The translations under genes and the position numbers were made by a program. A stretch of DNA of 64,000 bases. It comes from Dendrobates tinctorius. Its lineage: Eukaryota. Positions 51,601 to 64,000 of this stretch are shown piece after piece (within the stretch, counting starts at the first letter, position 1; each line of letters starts with the position of its first letter). Location of the stretch: the NCBI RefSeq assembly GCF_039654945.1, contig NW_027361814.1, forward strand, positions 2,666,001-2,730,000, in the 5' to 3' direction. The notes under the pieces are model-generated. The model made no database searches. It saw nothing but the letters and a program-made list of their open reading frames with translations, and was not told the DNA's origin.

Positions 51601-52537
51601 AGCACTAATCAAACCGAGCTTTTCCCTGGAGATCACTATACCTTGGTGTTAAAATGGAATTGGCTAGGAAAAAACCAACAGATTGTGAATATGGCTCTTC
51701 AAGGATGAATCCTCATTAGCTCGGGCTATTAACTCTTTCTGTCCTCGATTCCATCGTTATTAAGCAGAACAAAAGTATTGAAACGGTAATAATGGTCACA
51801 ATAATCCAAAAAAACGTATTCGCATGAACAAATCAAGGAATTATTTAATGGCACAATTTATGATTAGAAATGATCTGATAATAAAGGACGAGACAGTCCT
51901 GGACCCGAATTCCCTGAGAATCTGTCTGCAGATTGCAAGTATGAATTATAACAGCCTGTAGTCTGTGGATAGGATCATGACGTTGTAAGGGGTGTATCGG
52001 GACCGCATGATGTTCCACTTCCTTTCCTCATGTTGATATTATACTGTTCGCATAATTGGATATATGACGTATCTGATGTTGCTATATGTATACATATATA
52101 TATATATATATATACTGTATATACAGTACAGACCAAAAGTTTGGACACACCTTCTCATTCAAAGAGTTTTCTTTATTTTCATGACTATGAAAATTGTAGA
52201 TTCACTCTGAAGGCATCAAAATTATGAATTAACACATGTGGGATTATATAATTAACAAAAAAGTGTGAAACAATTGAACATATGTCTTATATTCTAGGTT
52301 CTTCAAAGTAGCCACCTTTTGCTTTGATTTCTGCTTTGCACACTCTTGGCATTCTCTTGATGAGCTTCAAGAGGTAGTCGCCGGAAATGGTTTTCACTTC
52401 ACAGGTGTGCCCTGTCAGGTTTATTAAGTGGGATTCCTTGCCTTATAAATGGGGTTGGGACCATGAGTTGTGTTGTGCAGAAGTCTGGTAGATACACAGC
52501 TGATAGTCCTACTGAATAGACTGTTAACATTTGTATT

Positions 52538-53534
52538 ATGGCAAGAAAAAAGCAGCTAAGTAAAGAAAAACGAGTGGCCATCATTACTTTAAGAAATGAA
52601 GGTCAGTCAGTTCGAAAAATTGGAAAAACTTTGAAAGTGTCCCCAAGTGCAGTCGCAAAAACCATCAAGCGCTACAAAGAAACTGGCTCACATGAGGACC
52701 GCCCCAGGAAAGGAAGACCAAGAGTCACCTCTGCTGCGGAGGATAAGTTCATCCGAGTCACCGGCCTCAGAAATCGCAGGTTAACAGCAGGATAACAGCA
52801 GCTCAGATTAGAGACCAGGTCAATGCCACAAAGAATTCTAGCAGCAGACACATCTCTACAACAACTGTTAAGAGGAGACTTTGTTCAGCAGGCCTTCATG
52901 GTAAAATAGCTACTAGGAAACCACTGCTAAGGACAGGCAACAAGCAGAAGAGACTTGTTTGGGCTAAAGAACACAAGGAATGGACATAAGACCAGTGGAA
53001 ATCTGTGCTTTGATCTGATGAGTCCAAATTTGAGATCTTTGGTTCCAACCACCGTGTCTTTGTTGCGACGCAGAAAAGGTGAACGGATGGACTATACATG
53101 CCTGGTTCCCACCGTGAAGCATGGAGGAGGAGGTGTGATGGTGACTCTGTTGGGGATTTATTCAAAATTGAAGGCATACTGAACCAGCATGGCTACCACA
53201 GCATCTTGCAGCGGCATGCTATTCCATCCGGTTTGCATTTACTTGGACCATCATTTATTTTTCAACAGGACAATGACCCCAAACACACCTCTAGGGTGTG
53301 TAAGGGCTATTTGACCAAGAAGGAAAGTGATGGGGTGCTACGCCAGATGACCTGGCCTCCACAGTCACCAGACCTGAACCCAAAAGTTTGGGGTGAGCTG
53401 GAACGCAGACTGAAGTCAAAAGAGCCAACAAGTGCTAAGCATCTCTGTGAACTCCTTCAATACTGTTGGAAGACCATTTCCGGTGACTACCTCTTGAAGC
53501 TCATCAAGAGAATGCCAAGAGTGTGCAAAGCAGT
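52538..53534 (+). pseudogene. Tc1 transposase with frameshifts and stop; C-terminus resumes at 56571
   Basis: MARKKQLSKEKR..GRPRVT, *SDESKF, TVKHGGG, FQQDNDPKH, WPPQSPDLNP. Confidence 0.93.
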
Positions 53535-56500
53535 TGTGGAAAGGCCGGGCTTATGGGGTGGACAACTGCTTACCCTGTTCGGACGCTGCAGACACCAGGC
53601 GACTCAAAGGATGAGGCGGAGACAGATTTCACGTGTAACAGTTCCGGATTTATTCGTCGTCCTCCTGACGACCACTAAACACGCACCGCAGCTTCTTCAC
53701 ACTGTCTCCAGGCCTGGGTACCTGCGCCTTCGTTCCAGTCACAGTAACACACCTCGTGGATCTTTCACTGGGGGCTGTCCTAGACCAATCTACCCCCAGC
53801 GCTTCACCTGTCCAAGGTCGTCGTCCAGTCAGTACCCCCGGGGCCTCACTCTTCCTGTGGTACATCATCTCGCCTGTCCTGCGGTCCGTCGGGTCAGGGC
53901 CACCCCCCTGACTGTCTCTTCTCTGTCCGTCCCCTGGCCGAGCTCTTCGCCCTTCCCTGTCTTCTTCTGAGCTCCTCCCGGGACTAAACTCCTCTCGAGC
54001 CCCGCCTACTTCTATTTATCCCCTCTCTCACAGGGGAATTCCCCTCAGGGGCTCCTATCTCCCCGCCCCCCCATGACTAAGCATATCCTGAGCAATAAGC
54101 TGATGTATAGTCCTACACTACTCTCACCTGCCATCTTGTGGTCACTTAGAATCGTAGAGTTGGAAGGGACCTCCTGGGCCATCTGGTCCAACCCCCTGCT
54201 CAAAGCAGGATTCGCTAAATCATCCCAGTCAGATGTCTGTCCAGCCTCTGTTTGAAGACTTCCATTGAAGGAGAACTCACCACTTCTCGTGGCAGCCTGT
54301 TCCACTCATTGATCACTCTAACTGTCAAAAAGTTTTTTCTAATATCTAATCTGTGTCTCCTCCCATTCAGTTTCATCCCATTGCTTCTAGTCTTTCCTTG
54401 TGCAAATGAGAATAAAGTTGATCCTTCTACAATGTGACAGCCCTTTAGATATTTGTAGACAGCTATTAAGTCTCCTCTCAGTCTTCTCTTTTGCAAACTA
54501 AACATTCCCAAATCCTGCAACCTTTCCTCATAAGACAGGGTTTGCAGACCGGTCACCATTCTGGTCGCTCTTTTCTGAACTTGCTCCAGTTTGTTGATGT
54601 CTTTTTTAAAATGTGGTGCCCAAAACTGGACACAATATTCCAGATGAGGTCTGACCAAAGAGGAGTAGAGGGAAATAATGACTTCACGTGATCTAGACTG
54701 TATGCTTCTGTTAATACATCCTAGAATTGCATTTGCCTTTTTTGCTGCTGCATCACACTGTTGACTCATATTCAGTCTGTGATCTATTAGTATACCCAAG
54801 TCTTTTTCACATGTGCTGTCACTTAGCCCTATTCCTCCCATTCTATATATGCTTTTTCCATTTTTATTGCCCAGATGTAGTACTTTGCATTTCTCCCTGT
54901 TAAAAACCATTCTGTTAGTTGCTGCCCACTTCTCCAGTTTATTTAAATCTTTTTGAATCCTCTCTCTCTCTTCTCTAGTATTAGCTATCCCTCCTAGCTT
55001 TGTGTCATCAGCAAATTTAATCAGTTTACCCTCAATTCCTTCATCTAAATCGTTGATAAAGATGTTGAACAATACAGGGCCCAGGACAGAGCCCTGTGGT
55101 ACCCCACTTGAGACATTCTTCCAACTGGATGTGCAGCCATTTACGACCACTCTTTGGGTCCGATCACTAAGCCAGTTATGAATCCACCTAACAGTTGCCT
55201 TGTCCATTCCATACTTAATCATTTTTTCAATAAGGATTGTATGAGAGACTTTGTCAAATGCTTTGCTGAAGTCAAGATATACTATATCTACAGCATTTCC
55301 TTGATCCACCCAATCAGTGATACCGTCATAGAAGGAAATTAAGTTAGTCTGACACGACTTATTAGTTACAAACCCATGCTGACTCTCTTTAATCACTTCA
55401 TTCTTATCCAGGTATTGACATACATGTTGTTTAATAATTTGTTCAAAGATCTTTCCTGGTATAGAAGTCAGACTCACCGGCCTATAGTTACCTGGGTCCA
55501 CCTTCTTCCCCTTTTTGAAGATAGGAACAACATTTGCTCTTCTCCAGTCTTCTGGCACTTCTCCTGTTCTCCAAGAATTTTCAAAGATTATAGAGAGGGG
55601 TTCAAAAATTTCTTCTGCTATCTCCTTCAGTACTCTGGGGTGTAATTCATCTGGACCTGGAGACTTGAATTCATTTAGGCTAGCTAAGTGTTTCCTCACT
55701 ATCTTTCTGTTTGTAGATATCCTGGATTCTTCTATTCCCTTAATAGGACAGTGAATAACAGTTGATGTTACATTTCCTTTCTGAGAGAAAACAGATGCAA
55801 AATAGGAATTTAAAAGTTCAGCCTTCTCAACATCCTGTCTTACCATTTCATCATTTTCATCCTGTAAAAATCCTATAGCATCTTTGACTTTTCTTTTACT
55901 TTTGACATATACCCAAAATCCTTTATTATTGCTTTTGACATCTCTTGCAAGCCTCAATTCATTTTCAGCTTTAGCTAATCTGATTTGTGCCCTGCAGGTT
56001 CTGCAGACAGCATTATATTCTTCTTTAGATATGCCTCCCTCTTTCCATTTTATAAACATTTTTTTCTTCCTTTTTAGCATGTGCTTAAGTTCTGTGTTCA
56101 TCCATCCTGGTTTCCTTAACTGCTTCCTATTCTTCCCTCTTTTCGGAATTGTTAACAACTGTGCTTTGAGAATTTCATTTTTCAAGATTTCCCATCCTTC
56201 CTGGACATTTTTGTCTTTAAGGATATCCAGCCATTGGATCCCTCCAATTCTCTTTCTGAATCCCTTAAAATCTGCCTTTCTGAAATCTAACCTTGACGTC
56301 TGAGTCTTCACAGGTCTTCCGCCTCTAGTTATCCAAAATTCTAAAATAGCATGGTCGCTACCTCCTAGGGTCCCAGCCACTTTTACCTCCTCAACCATTT
56401 CCTCCCTGTTTATAAGGATTAGATCCAAGGTACTTCTCAGTACTACACCCTCCTATCCTGCCTTTCCTAGCTGTCACCCTGCTATTCTGTCAATCCCCGT

Positions 56501-56566
56501 CTCTGGTGTACAAATCGTCCCCTCCTACTGCCAGTCATGTCTGTCCATCAAGTCAACTTCCCCACA
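53535..56566 (-). mobile_element. Solo LTR (~750 bp net) interrupted by CR1
   Basis: TGTGG...CCACA with perfect 4-bp TSD CAGT. Confidence 0.85.
54147..56432 (-). mobile_element. CR1 LINE, 5'-truncated in the endonuclease (open 737-codon frame 54215-56428)
   Basis: Protein nearly identical to ORF2 at 35268-38000; same 3'UTR. Confidence 0.97.
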
Positions 56567-56785
56567 CAGTAATCAAAGCAAAAGGTGGCTACTTTGATGA
56601 GCCTAGAATATAAGACATATTTTCAGTTGTGTCACACTTTTTTGTTAATTATACAATTTCACATGTGTTAATTCATAGTTTTGATGCCTTCAGAGTGAAT
56701 CTACAATTTTCATAGTCATAAAAATAAAGAAAACTCTTTGAATGAGGTGTGTCCAAACTTTTGGTCTGTACTGTATATATATACA

Positions 56786-56824
<39 letters not shown>

Positions 56825-57019
56825 GTAGATAGGGAAAGTACAGTTATAGGATTAGCCATTAGAAGGGGGCATAGTAGGATAGGAATAGGAGTTTAGTATA
56901 GTAAGTAGTTAACATAGGAGGGGTCTGCTATGGGTAACACAGGAGCATTTCCTGAAGATAGTGGGGCCAGGGAGTCCAGGCTGCATGGATCCACTGGGTG
57001 AAGGTTAGTATTCATCAAA

Positions 57020-57205
57020 TAGTTAACATCCAGCGCCTCTTTGGACAAATGATTCCAGGAAATCCAAGGTTTCTTAAAACATCTATTTATTTCTTCATAT
57101 TAAAAACAGGTAACAAAAAGGTCAGGCAGTGTGGATAGACTCATGATTTAAATTAAGGGCCTAGAAACCAACATGTTTCGACCCAGGTAGGTCTTAATCA
57201 TATCC
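57020..57205 (-). mobile_element. Degenerate Penelope pLTR-like fragment
   Basis: Minus strand aTGATtA-A-GACC-tacctg-GGTC-GAAAC-atgt followed by AATAAA. Confidence 0.45.
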
Positions 57206-58907
57206 CCAGCAAGGAAACTCAATTAAGTACAAGGTGGTGAACTGCAGATTACAAATAGATGTCAAGGGCAATGACCAAGTAAAATGTAAATTGTGCATGA
57301 TTTGCCTATGAGTAACCATGTGGCAAAATACAAATAGTAGATCGGTACTTACATATGGAATCAGTACTTAGGTCCCCCTTGCCTGCCGCACCAGGGTGTT
57401 TTAATCTAGCTTTGGTTTTACATTTTTTTTTAATGTAATTTTAATTTTATTGTCTTACCTTTAATAGATTTCCCTGCTGGGGATGATCAGGTGATTACTT
57501 TAAGGTGACTGATTACATTAAAGGTTGTCTTTTTGGCTGCTTTTTGTAACCTTATATCTGTGGCAAATTGATTGCTGAATTATATATACGGTAGTGATCT
57601 TTGTGTGTACAATTGAACAATTTTTTAGGATTTCCCCTTGTCATTGTGCCTACATAGTGAGTGTTACTCTGTTTTACTAATCATGTAATTTATTTATTAA
57701 TGTAATAAAATTTAATCATTTTGTCTGAAAATACTCTTTGATTCCCTTCTTACTGAACACGGTGTATAAGGTTTTTTTTCTGATGTATATACTGTATTTT
57801 TGAGTTTTTGGACTTATTATCAAATCCCATTGGTTAGGGGAATTTTTTGGTGTCTAAAAAAAAAAAGGGAGTATCGCCAGTGGTTAGCTCTATTGTCAAC
57901 TGGATGAACGTCGTGGGACGCACAAGTACGGGCTGGGGCTGAAATTCTGCCCTGGCATTTAAAATCACACAGGCCCATGTTGCCTCTGTCCCCAAGCACC
58001 AGATGGGATATATTACTAATATTACCCTGGATGTAGGAAAGTAAGAATTACTACACTACAAGACCAGTATTGGTAATGATACCCATGGCCTGCTGGGGTA
58101 AGTGGCAGAGTCACCGACTTTGTGCTCCGTCACAACTCTTAACAGTTTGGGTGCCTTGAGAACACCGATTCTGCTAACAACGTAGCAGACAAGGCAGGCC
58201 ACGACCAGACAGGACCTTCTGGCATGTACCACAATTGCCTGATGGCCAGTCAGGCTCTGAACGCATATTTAGTTGAAAACTATTGCAGAGCAGAGAGTCA
58301 ATGGACATATTCTGGAAAGTTAGTCCTTACTTCTATAAACCCAAAGAACCAGGAGCAGTATTTCGACAATGGACTCAGGCCTCACTTGACACATCTTCCT
58401 TCACTAGATTATTTTGACTTCATACTAAGACTCTACAATAAAAAATATCCTACTTTGTGGCAGCAGTGGGGGGTCGTGTCTATATGTCTATAGGGTCTCT
58501 TACCTTCCTGTTTTCCTAAAGTAAGAAAAGCTTACTAAAATTTATGACTGGATATTCCTTCAAACATCTGCAGAATATTGACACGTCCCTGCATCCTCCG
58601 AACAGATACCTACTAATGTATTCGGCAGGTCATCCAGAACCATCTAAGCATGCAATATCCTAGGCAATAAAAATATTGTCTGCAGCTTAATAGTCATCCA
58701 TAATCACACGAGGAAGGCAATTCACCGCAATCCGATAAAAGAACAAATTATCACAAATAATATCTCAAGGGAAAAAAATCTACTTAACTTCATGAATGTT
58801 GTGTTTCGGGGTGGCTCACAAGTAGTAGTGCTCAGCTACAGGGTCACATTGTTAGATTTCAACTGGGGAAACAACATGCATTTTTGAGAAATAGAGTTAA
58901 TATTGAT

Positions 58908-59103
58908 AGGTGCATTCAGGCAACCGTATAAATCGGTCCGAGATTGGACTGCAAACCTTGGACTGGACATGGGTCTCCCAACCCAAAAGTGACAGCTGCA
59001 TAGAAATATATAAAGCTGTCATGCTTGGATCTGTTGAGCTGCGGCCACTCTGATCATTGCGGTCTGATTTCAGGCTAATTTATAAGGTCATCTGAATGCA
59101 CCC
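58908..59103. mobile_element. Old Harbinger-type MITE
   Basis: GGTGCATTCAG ... CTGAATGCACC termini. Confidence 0.55.
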
Positions 59104-59256
59104 TCATAGTGACATTGGCACCAGTCAAGGGTGGAATATGGACACCAAAGTGAGATGAATGAACCCCTATAATTTCCAATTCCAGACATTCGCTCAAAAT
59201 CGGCTAGGAAATTCTATGTGCACTGAATTTATTCAATGCAAATTTGAAAGTATCTT

Positions 59257-59924
59257 TGTCATTACTCTGTTGTCAGGTATCCCAAGCCCAGGGGCTCGTT
59301 CCATGGCCCTAACACTAGGGAAGCCCTAGCTCCCCAAATTCATTCTAATGGTGAAGACGCCAGGGCCACGTACCTTGCTAAGCTCTTGAGTCCGCCCTCA
59401 GTCTTTTCCCTGCCCCCCAAACCAGGGAAGAGGGGAGTAATAGAGTAGGCAAACAAGGTAATACAAACATGGCTTAAGGAAAATACCAATCATACAAAAA
59501 TGCAAACACAAACAACAGAGGGAGACACCGGGGAGTGAAGGAAGGGAAAAACCAAAGTAGGAGAAGGAGGGGATTTGCACACAGCCAAAACCTAAAAACA
59601 GTCTTTGATAAATCCACCAAACGCCTTCTCAAACAACAAAACTCCTCCAGCTCTTGGACCATGCAGCATGAAGCTAACTCTGACATTTCCTGATTGCAAG
59701 AGCTGAGAATATATAGTAAAGAGGAGTGACCAACAGTGAACAGCTGACAGCCTTAAGGCAGGTTAGCTTCCAGGAGCTCTCAACAGAGCAGAGTAACCCC
59801 TGCACTGTTAAAAGAAACCTGTACCATTTAATATGAAGGTGAATTGTTTCTAGTCAGTGCAGGAGCAGGAGAAATCAAATGGTGCAATCTTCTGGCTTCT
59901 TTCTGTCATGGCAACCACGTGACA
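59257..59924 (-). mobile_element. Solo LTR (Gypsy-like)
   Basis: TGTCA...TGACA; 5-bp TSD ATCTT/GTCTT. Confidence 0.7.
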
Positions 59925-61015
59925 GTCTTGAAGGCAATTAAAAGATGTTTATTTTGTTCCAAGCTCTCCAGACCTCAAAGCATAATTAACCAAGAGCTGG
60001 AGAGAGGTTTGAAAAATTAACAAAATATTACACTCAACAAGCAAAATATAGATGCATGGAGCTTCACCATAAGGGTATACAATATGTCCAAAAAGATGAA
60101 GCCAATCAATGGACACTTAGCTCAATGATCAAATATTTTGCTTGTTTTGGATTCATGATTTTTAGACATCCTATTTTTCCGTAGCTGCTACATCGCATCT
60201 ATCCATGCCAAAATATTATACTCACCTGTTCTGCTGCAACAGGTCCCCCACCTCACCCCTAGGTCATCCACTTGCTCCCTTCGATTATCAGGCACTGACT
60301 CCTTGTCCCCCAGCAAGTACCACGCAAATATCTATCACATGGGTCACACTCCAAGTGACCAGGACGAGCTGTAAGTCATGGATGTTCATGACGTGAATTT
60401 AGCCTAGCGAGACGTGCCGGAGGCCTAGGAGTCAGTGACAGTAGATCATACAGAGCAAGGCGAGTATAATATTTTACTATTTTTTAACCCTTTTTTGACC
60501 CTAAAAGAGTTTAGAAAAATGTCAGACAGTCATACGTTTTCTGAATTTGAGCATATCGAACTGCAAAGAATTCACAGCAAATTTCACAAACCAATAGAGA
60601 TAAATGAGTTGAATCAAAATTATAAAGATAAAAATATATTTTATTATAATGAATGAAAACTACATATCACATAACAATGTATTCAAATAGGACACCAAAT
60701 ACTGGGACATAGAGACACAGTGAAGGTAGCAGAAGGTGTAGCCCCCAAAGGTAAAGGTACACACAGATATGAGGTTACTTATAATCAATAATTGCATTTA
60801 TAATAAACATCAAAACCACATAGACATCTGGCCCAGTTCCTACTACCTAATCCGTATGATAAGGGACAAAGATGACAATGTCCTAAAAAAAGGTGCAAAC
60901 AATTTATAAAATTTATAAATACCATGTCACTTATAAATATAAATGAATAAAGTGACAATGTCTATATATCAAAAAAAGCTAAGCACCATGAAATTATGAT
61001 GTAAATCAATCCTTA

Positions 61016-61047
<32 letters not shown>

Positions 61048-61188
61048 GCTGCAGTAAATACAAATCAAACATTACCTGCAGTCATGATGAATGGGGGGAT
61101 AACCACTGGCTGTAACACACCTCAATTCACAGCAAATTTGTCTCACCTGAAGTAATTTTACTCATCTCTAGCAGCAAGTGAGTATTCA

Positions 61189-61481
61189 GGGCTGATTCAT
61201 CAAGACCGGCGTCGCTGATGCAATGCATGTCCAAGGGCTATGTCAAAAATCTCACTCCAGTCAGGTAATGGAGTGAGAATTTTGGCCCAGGGAACACCAC
61301 AATTTGTCATGAACTAGACAAGATGTAGCATCCTGCCCATTTTGTTGGAGTTGTGAAAACCTGGCAAGAAAATACCAAAAGTTGCAAAATTTAGGTATCA
61401 CTCCAAGTTGCACCTATATTTTGAGATTTTTCAAAGCTTTCAAGACAGAATTCTAGCAAGAAAGCTTTGATGAATCAGGCC
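61189..61481. mobile_element. Old MITE
   Basis: tca|GGGCTGATTCATCAA ... TTGATGAATCAGGCC|taa. Confidence 0.6.
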
Positions 61482-62949
61482 TAAGGTTCTTAAAAATTGA
61501 TGAATTAGTAGCAGAAAAAATAGGAAAGATTAAGGGTCTGGGAGTCTTTTTGTCAAGGGTCAACTTGAGATGGAAAGCTAAGTGGGTCACAGTTTCCTCA
61601 AAACAACGTCTTGTGCAGAGTTTCTAGTATGCAGTGGTTAGTGGTTAGTGGTCTAAGGAAGAATAATCTGTGAACTGGTCATAAGATCGAGGCTGCTCAG
61701 ACTTAGTGTTGGGTTATCATATGCAACTTGCATTAAAGTCTATAGCAAGTGAGTTGCTTGTGGCTTGCGACCAACAGAAAATTTGAGGCTTTGCGCTACA
61801 GTCCCTGAAGGTCCCACGATGTCACAGTGCAATGCCATGATTTCATTTTTGTGCCACACATGTCACATGTCACATTTTGGCTCTTCCCTAATTAATATAT
61901 TCATGCCAACCCATGCCATGTGCTAATAAAAGTGTCAAGATCAACCCCCTGGCATCGAACCAGGGCGAGTACCCAGTTTTTTAATCTACTAAAGGGCGCA
62001 CTTGCGTACAGTAGACGCAGGGGAAAGGGGAGAGGATTGTTCAGCTGATCATGTGTGACAATATAGCCTCCATCACAATGTGCGGCTTGCGGACTGCAGC
62101 CCGGCAGCTTGGCAACAGAAAAAGGAAAGAAAAGAGTTCTAGCATCCACTGGATTAAAACATGACTTTTAATAGTAGCATTAAAATAAAACGACCATTTT
62201 CAAATGATTAAAAAAGAAGTGGGACATTGAGGATAAGGGTATGGTTCCACGTGGTATATTGGCAGCTCTTTGGACGGAGCTCCGCCCAAAGCGCTGCCGG
62301 CTTTTGAGCTAGCGGTGATTCCGCATGTGTTCATTGAACACATGCGGAAACATTGCATCCTATACATTGACTGTGTAATTTATCTTGTTGAGACTGAGCA
62401 TCTCTGCAAGATAAATATACATGTTGTGGTCTATAAAGACGCGCCGCATGTGCTTATACGCAGGTCTGCCACCTGTGTCTTTGAGCGCATAGTGGAGATG
62501 GGATTTAATAAAATCCCCTCCGTTATGCAGTGTTACCACCACTGGCCACTCTCCCCCTGCGGCTGGTCACGCCACTGTTACCTCTGTGCCCGCTGCTGTC
62601 CACTCCTCCGTTCCTGTCCTTCAGTCCTGCCGTGCTCCCCGTACTGCTGGAGGCTCCAGGACTCCGCACTTGCGCTCTGGCACTCTTTGAGGGTGGCCAC
62701 GCCTCCTCCAAGGTCCTGTAGCTTCTCTGATGTCCTGACCCGGGTGGCCAGGCCCCCTCCCAGGTCCTTTATACACTTGGATATCCTGACCTGGAAATCC
62801 CAACAGCCAATCCGGGTAAGGTGGGGGTTATTTGAACCTGCTTCCTCTTTCCTCTGGTGCCTGGTTATTGTTTACAGCCTGCTTCTGTGACACAGGCCCG
62901 TGTCTATATTCTGTGTGCACTATCTGCACGTCCGTGTCCTTGCTCTCTG

Positions 62950-63280
62950 CCTGTTGCTCTGTTGTGCCTCCTGGCACAAGCTTAATCCTTAATCCCTGTA
63001 CTCTGCCTTGTACTCTGTTGTGCCTCCTGGCACAAGCTCAATCCCTGTACTCTGCCTTGTGCTCTGCTGTGCCTCCTGGCACAAGCTCAATCCCTGTACT
63101 CTGCCTTGTATCTGTTGTGCCTCCTGGCACAAGCTCAATCCCTGTACTCTGCCTGTTGCTCTGTTGTGCCTCCTGGCACAAGCTCAGTCCCTGTACTCTG
63201 TCTTGTATACCGTTGTGCCTCCCGGCACAAGCTCTGTCCCTGTACTTTGCCTGGTGCTCTGTTGTGCCTCCTGGCACATG
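62950..63280. repeat. ~47-bp tandem repeat in the LTR, each unit with hairpin TTGTGCC-TCCT-GGCACAA
   Basis: About 7 units. Confidence 0.9.
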
Positions 63281-63549
63281 CTCTGGTATACTCCTGTGCT
63301 CTGTTCCATATGGCCATTCCTAGTGCTCCTGTGTTTGTCAGTCTCCTCAGTTATCTTTCTGTTCCATGTCTCTCCCGCTATCTGAGCCATCCCTCTTGGT
63401 ACCGGCTACCATGGTATTAGAGATCCCTAGGCCTGTCCCTGACGATCCCTGTATAGGGGTCGGTCTTCACTAGGTCGGCTCGCCCTGGGCAATCTGTTCC
63501 ATGGTCCAGAGGGTCCACTCTTATAGCTCACCTCACTGAGGCGTTACAG

Positions 63550-63560
63550 AATAACCAGGC
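63550..63560 (+). promoter_or_regulatory. Self-priming primer-binding site
   Basis: AATAACCAGGC is the exact reverse complement of GCCTGGTTATT at 62859-62869. Confidence 0.75.
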
Positions 63561-63561
63561 C

Positions 63562-64000
63562 ATGGACCCTGCCGGCACCACGTTTTCTGCGGCTTCCTTT
63601 CAAGTAGCACCCTGTGACGCTGGCCTTGTCTCCCTGCCATATTTCTCGCCTCGGCCGTGCAAGCTACCTAAGTTTTCTGGGGATCCCAAACAGTGCAGGG
63701 GTTTTTGACTAAGTGTAGCATCCATTTTGATCTCTTGCCCCTGCAGTATCCCACCGATCGGGCAAAGGTGGCTTTCATTGTATCTCTTCTAGAGGGAGAG
63801 GCCTTGGGTTGAGTGAATCCCCTGTGGGAGCATGATGCCCCCATTGTCTCCCAACTGGCAACCTTTTTGGAAACTTTTCACAGGGTCTTCGATGAGCCGG
63901 GAAGGCTGGTCTCTATGACTGGGGTCCTTTTTAACCTTCGCCAACGCTCCCTGTCACTAGCTCAGTATGCCATCCGCTTCCGCATCCTAGCCTCTGAGTT
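63562..64000 (+). pseudogene. sushi/PEG10-RTL1-like gag, disrupted, runs off window
   Basis: PKFSGDPKQCRGF, PTDRAKVAFIVSLLEGEALG*VNPLWE, FLETFHRVFDEP, LRQ..SLAQYAIRFRILASE. Confidence 0.9.

Larger units (their letters stand above)
52124..56773 (+). mobile_element. Decayed Tc1 transposon with nested LTR and CR1
   Basis: TA|CAGTACAGACCAAAAGTTTGGACAC ... reverse complement|TA; ~200-bp TIRs. Confidence 0.95.
62531..64000 (+). mobile_element. Ty3/Gypsy (Tf1/sushi-type) LTR retrotransposon: 5' LTR (to 63548), PBS and gag
   Basis: LTR ends GTTACA, followed by gag; the LTR left end (62531 or 62577) is uncertain. Confidence 0.88.

Noticed and set aside
53098-53970. 290-aa ORF as a novel fusion gene
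   Set aside because: Chance read-through from a broken Tc1 transposase into an inserted LTR.
62950-63280. Hairpin-containing repeats resembling a CRISPR array
   Set aside because: The intervening sequences are themselves repeated, there are no cas genes, and the context is a eukaryotic LTR.

Overview
This is eukaryotic, repeat-saturated genomic DNA, most likely from a frog. That is an inference from the T2/Kolobok MITEs, TTAA piggyBac-like and hAT 'TAGAGATGAGCGA' families, CR1/L2, Penelope and sushi-type Gypsy elements. No host protein-coding gene, tRNA or CRISPR array could be supported. The window is built from three nested transposon stacks whose borders can be read from TIRs and target-site duplications (TSDs). 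(1) A minisatellite is interrupted by a Penelope retroelement (2773-17196) with an inverted pLTR and two hammerhead-ribozyme cores. That element is interrupted by an 11.4-kb composite hAT (3522-14932) carrying solo LTRs, a degenerate 18S rRNA fragment and a full-length Tc1. (2) A Harbinger-type shell (31800-50335) holds a 15.4-kb hAT (32174-47552), which holds a piggyBac-like element (33075-38965), which holds a foldback MITE and a CR1 with intact ORF2; this hAT also carries unidentified degenerate coding cargo. (3) A decayed Tc1 (52124-56773) holds a solo LTR, which holds a second, nearly identical CR1. The most notable signals are the 18S rRNA cargo in a hAT, a U-UUA-AAC slippery heptamer exactly joining CR1 ORF1 to ORF2, an 11-nt Tf1-type self-priming duplex in the terminal Gypsy element, the Penelope hammerheads, and a 700-bp CpG-rich palindrome with seven YY1-type motifs. 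Family names come from recognising motifs and termini by eye; no database searches were run.
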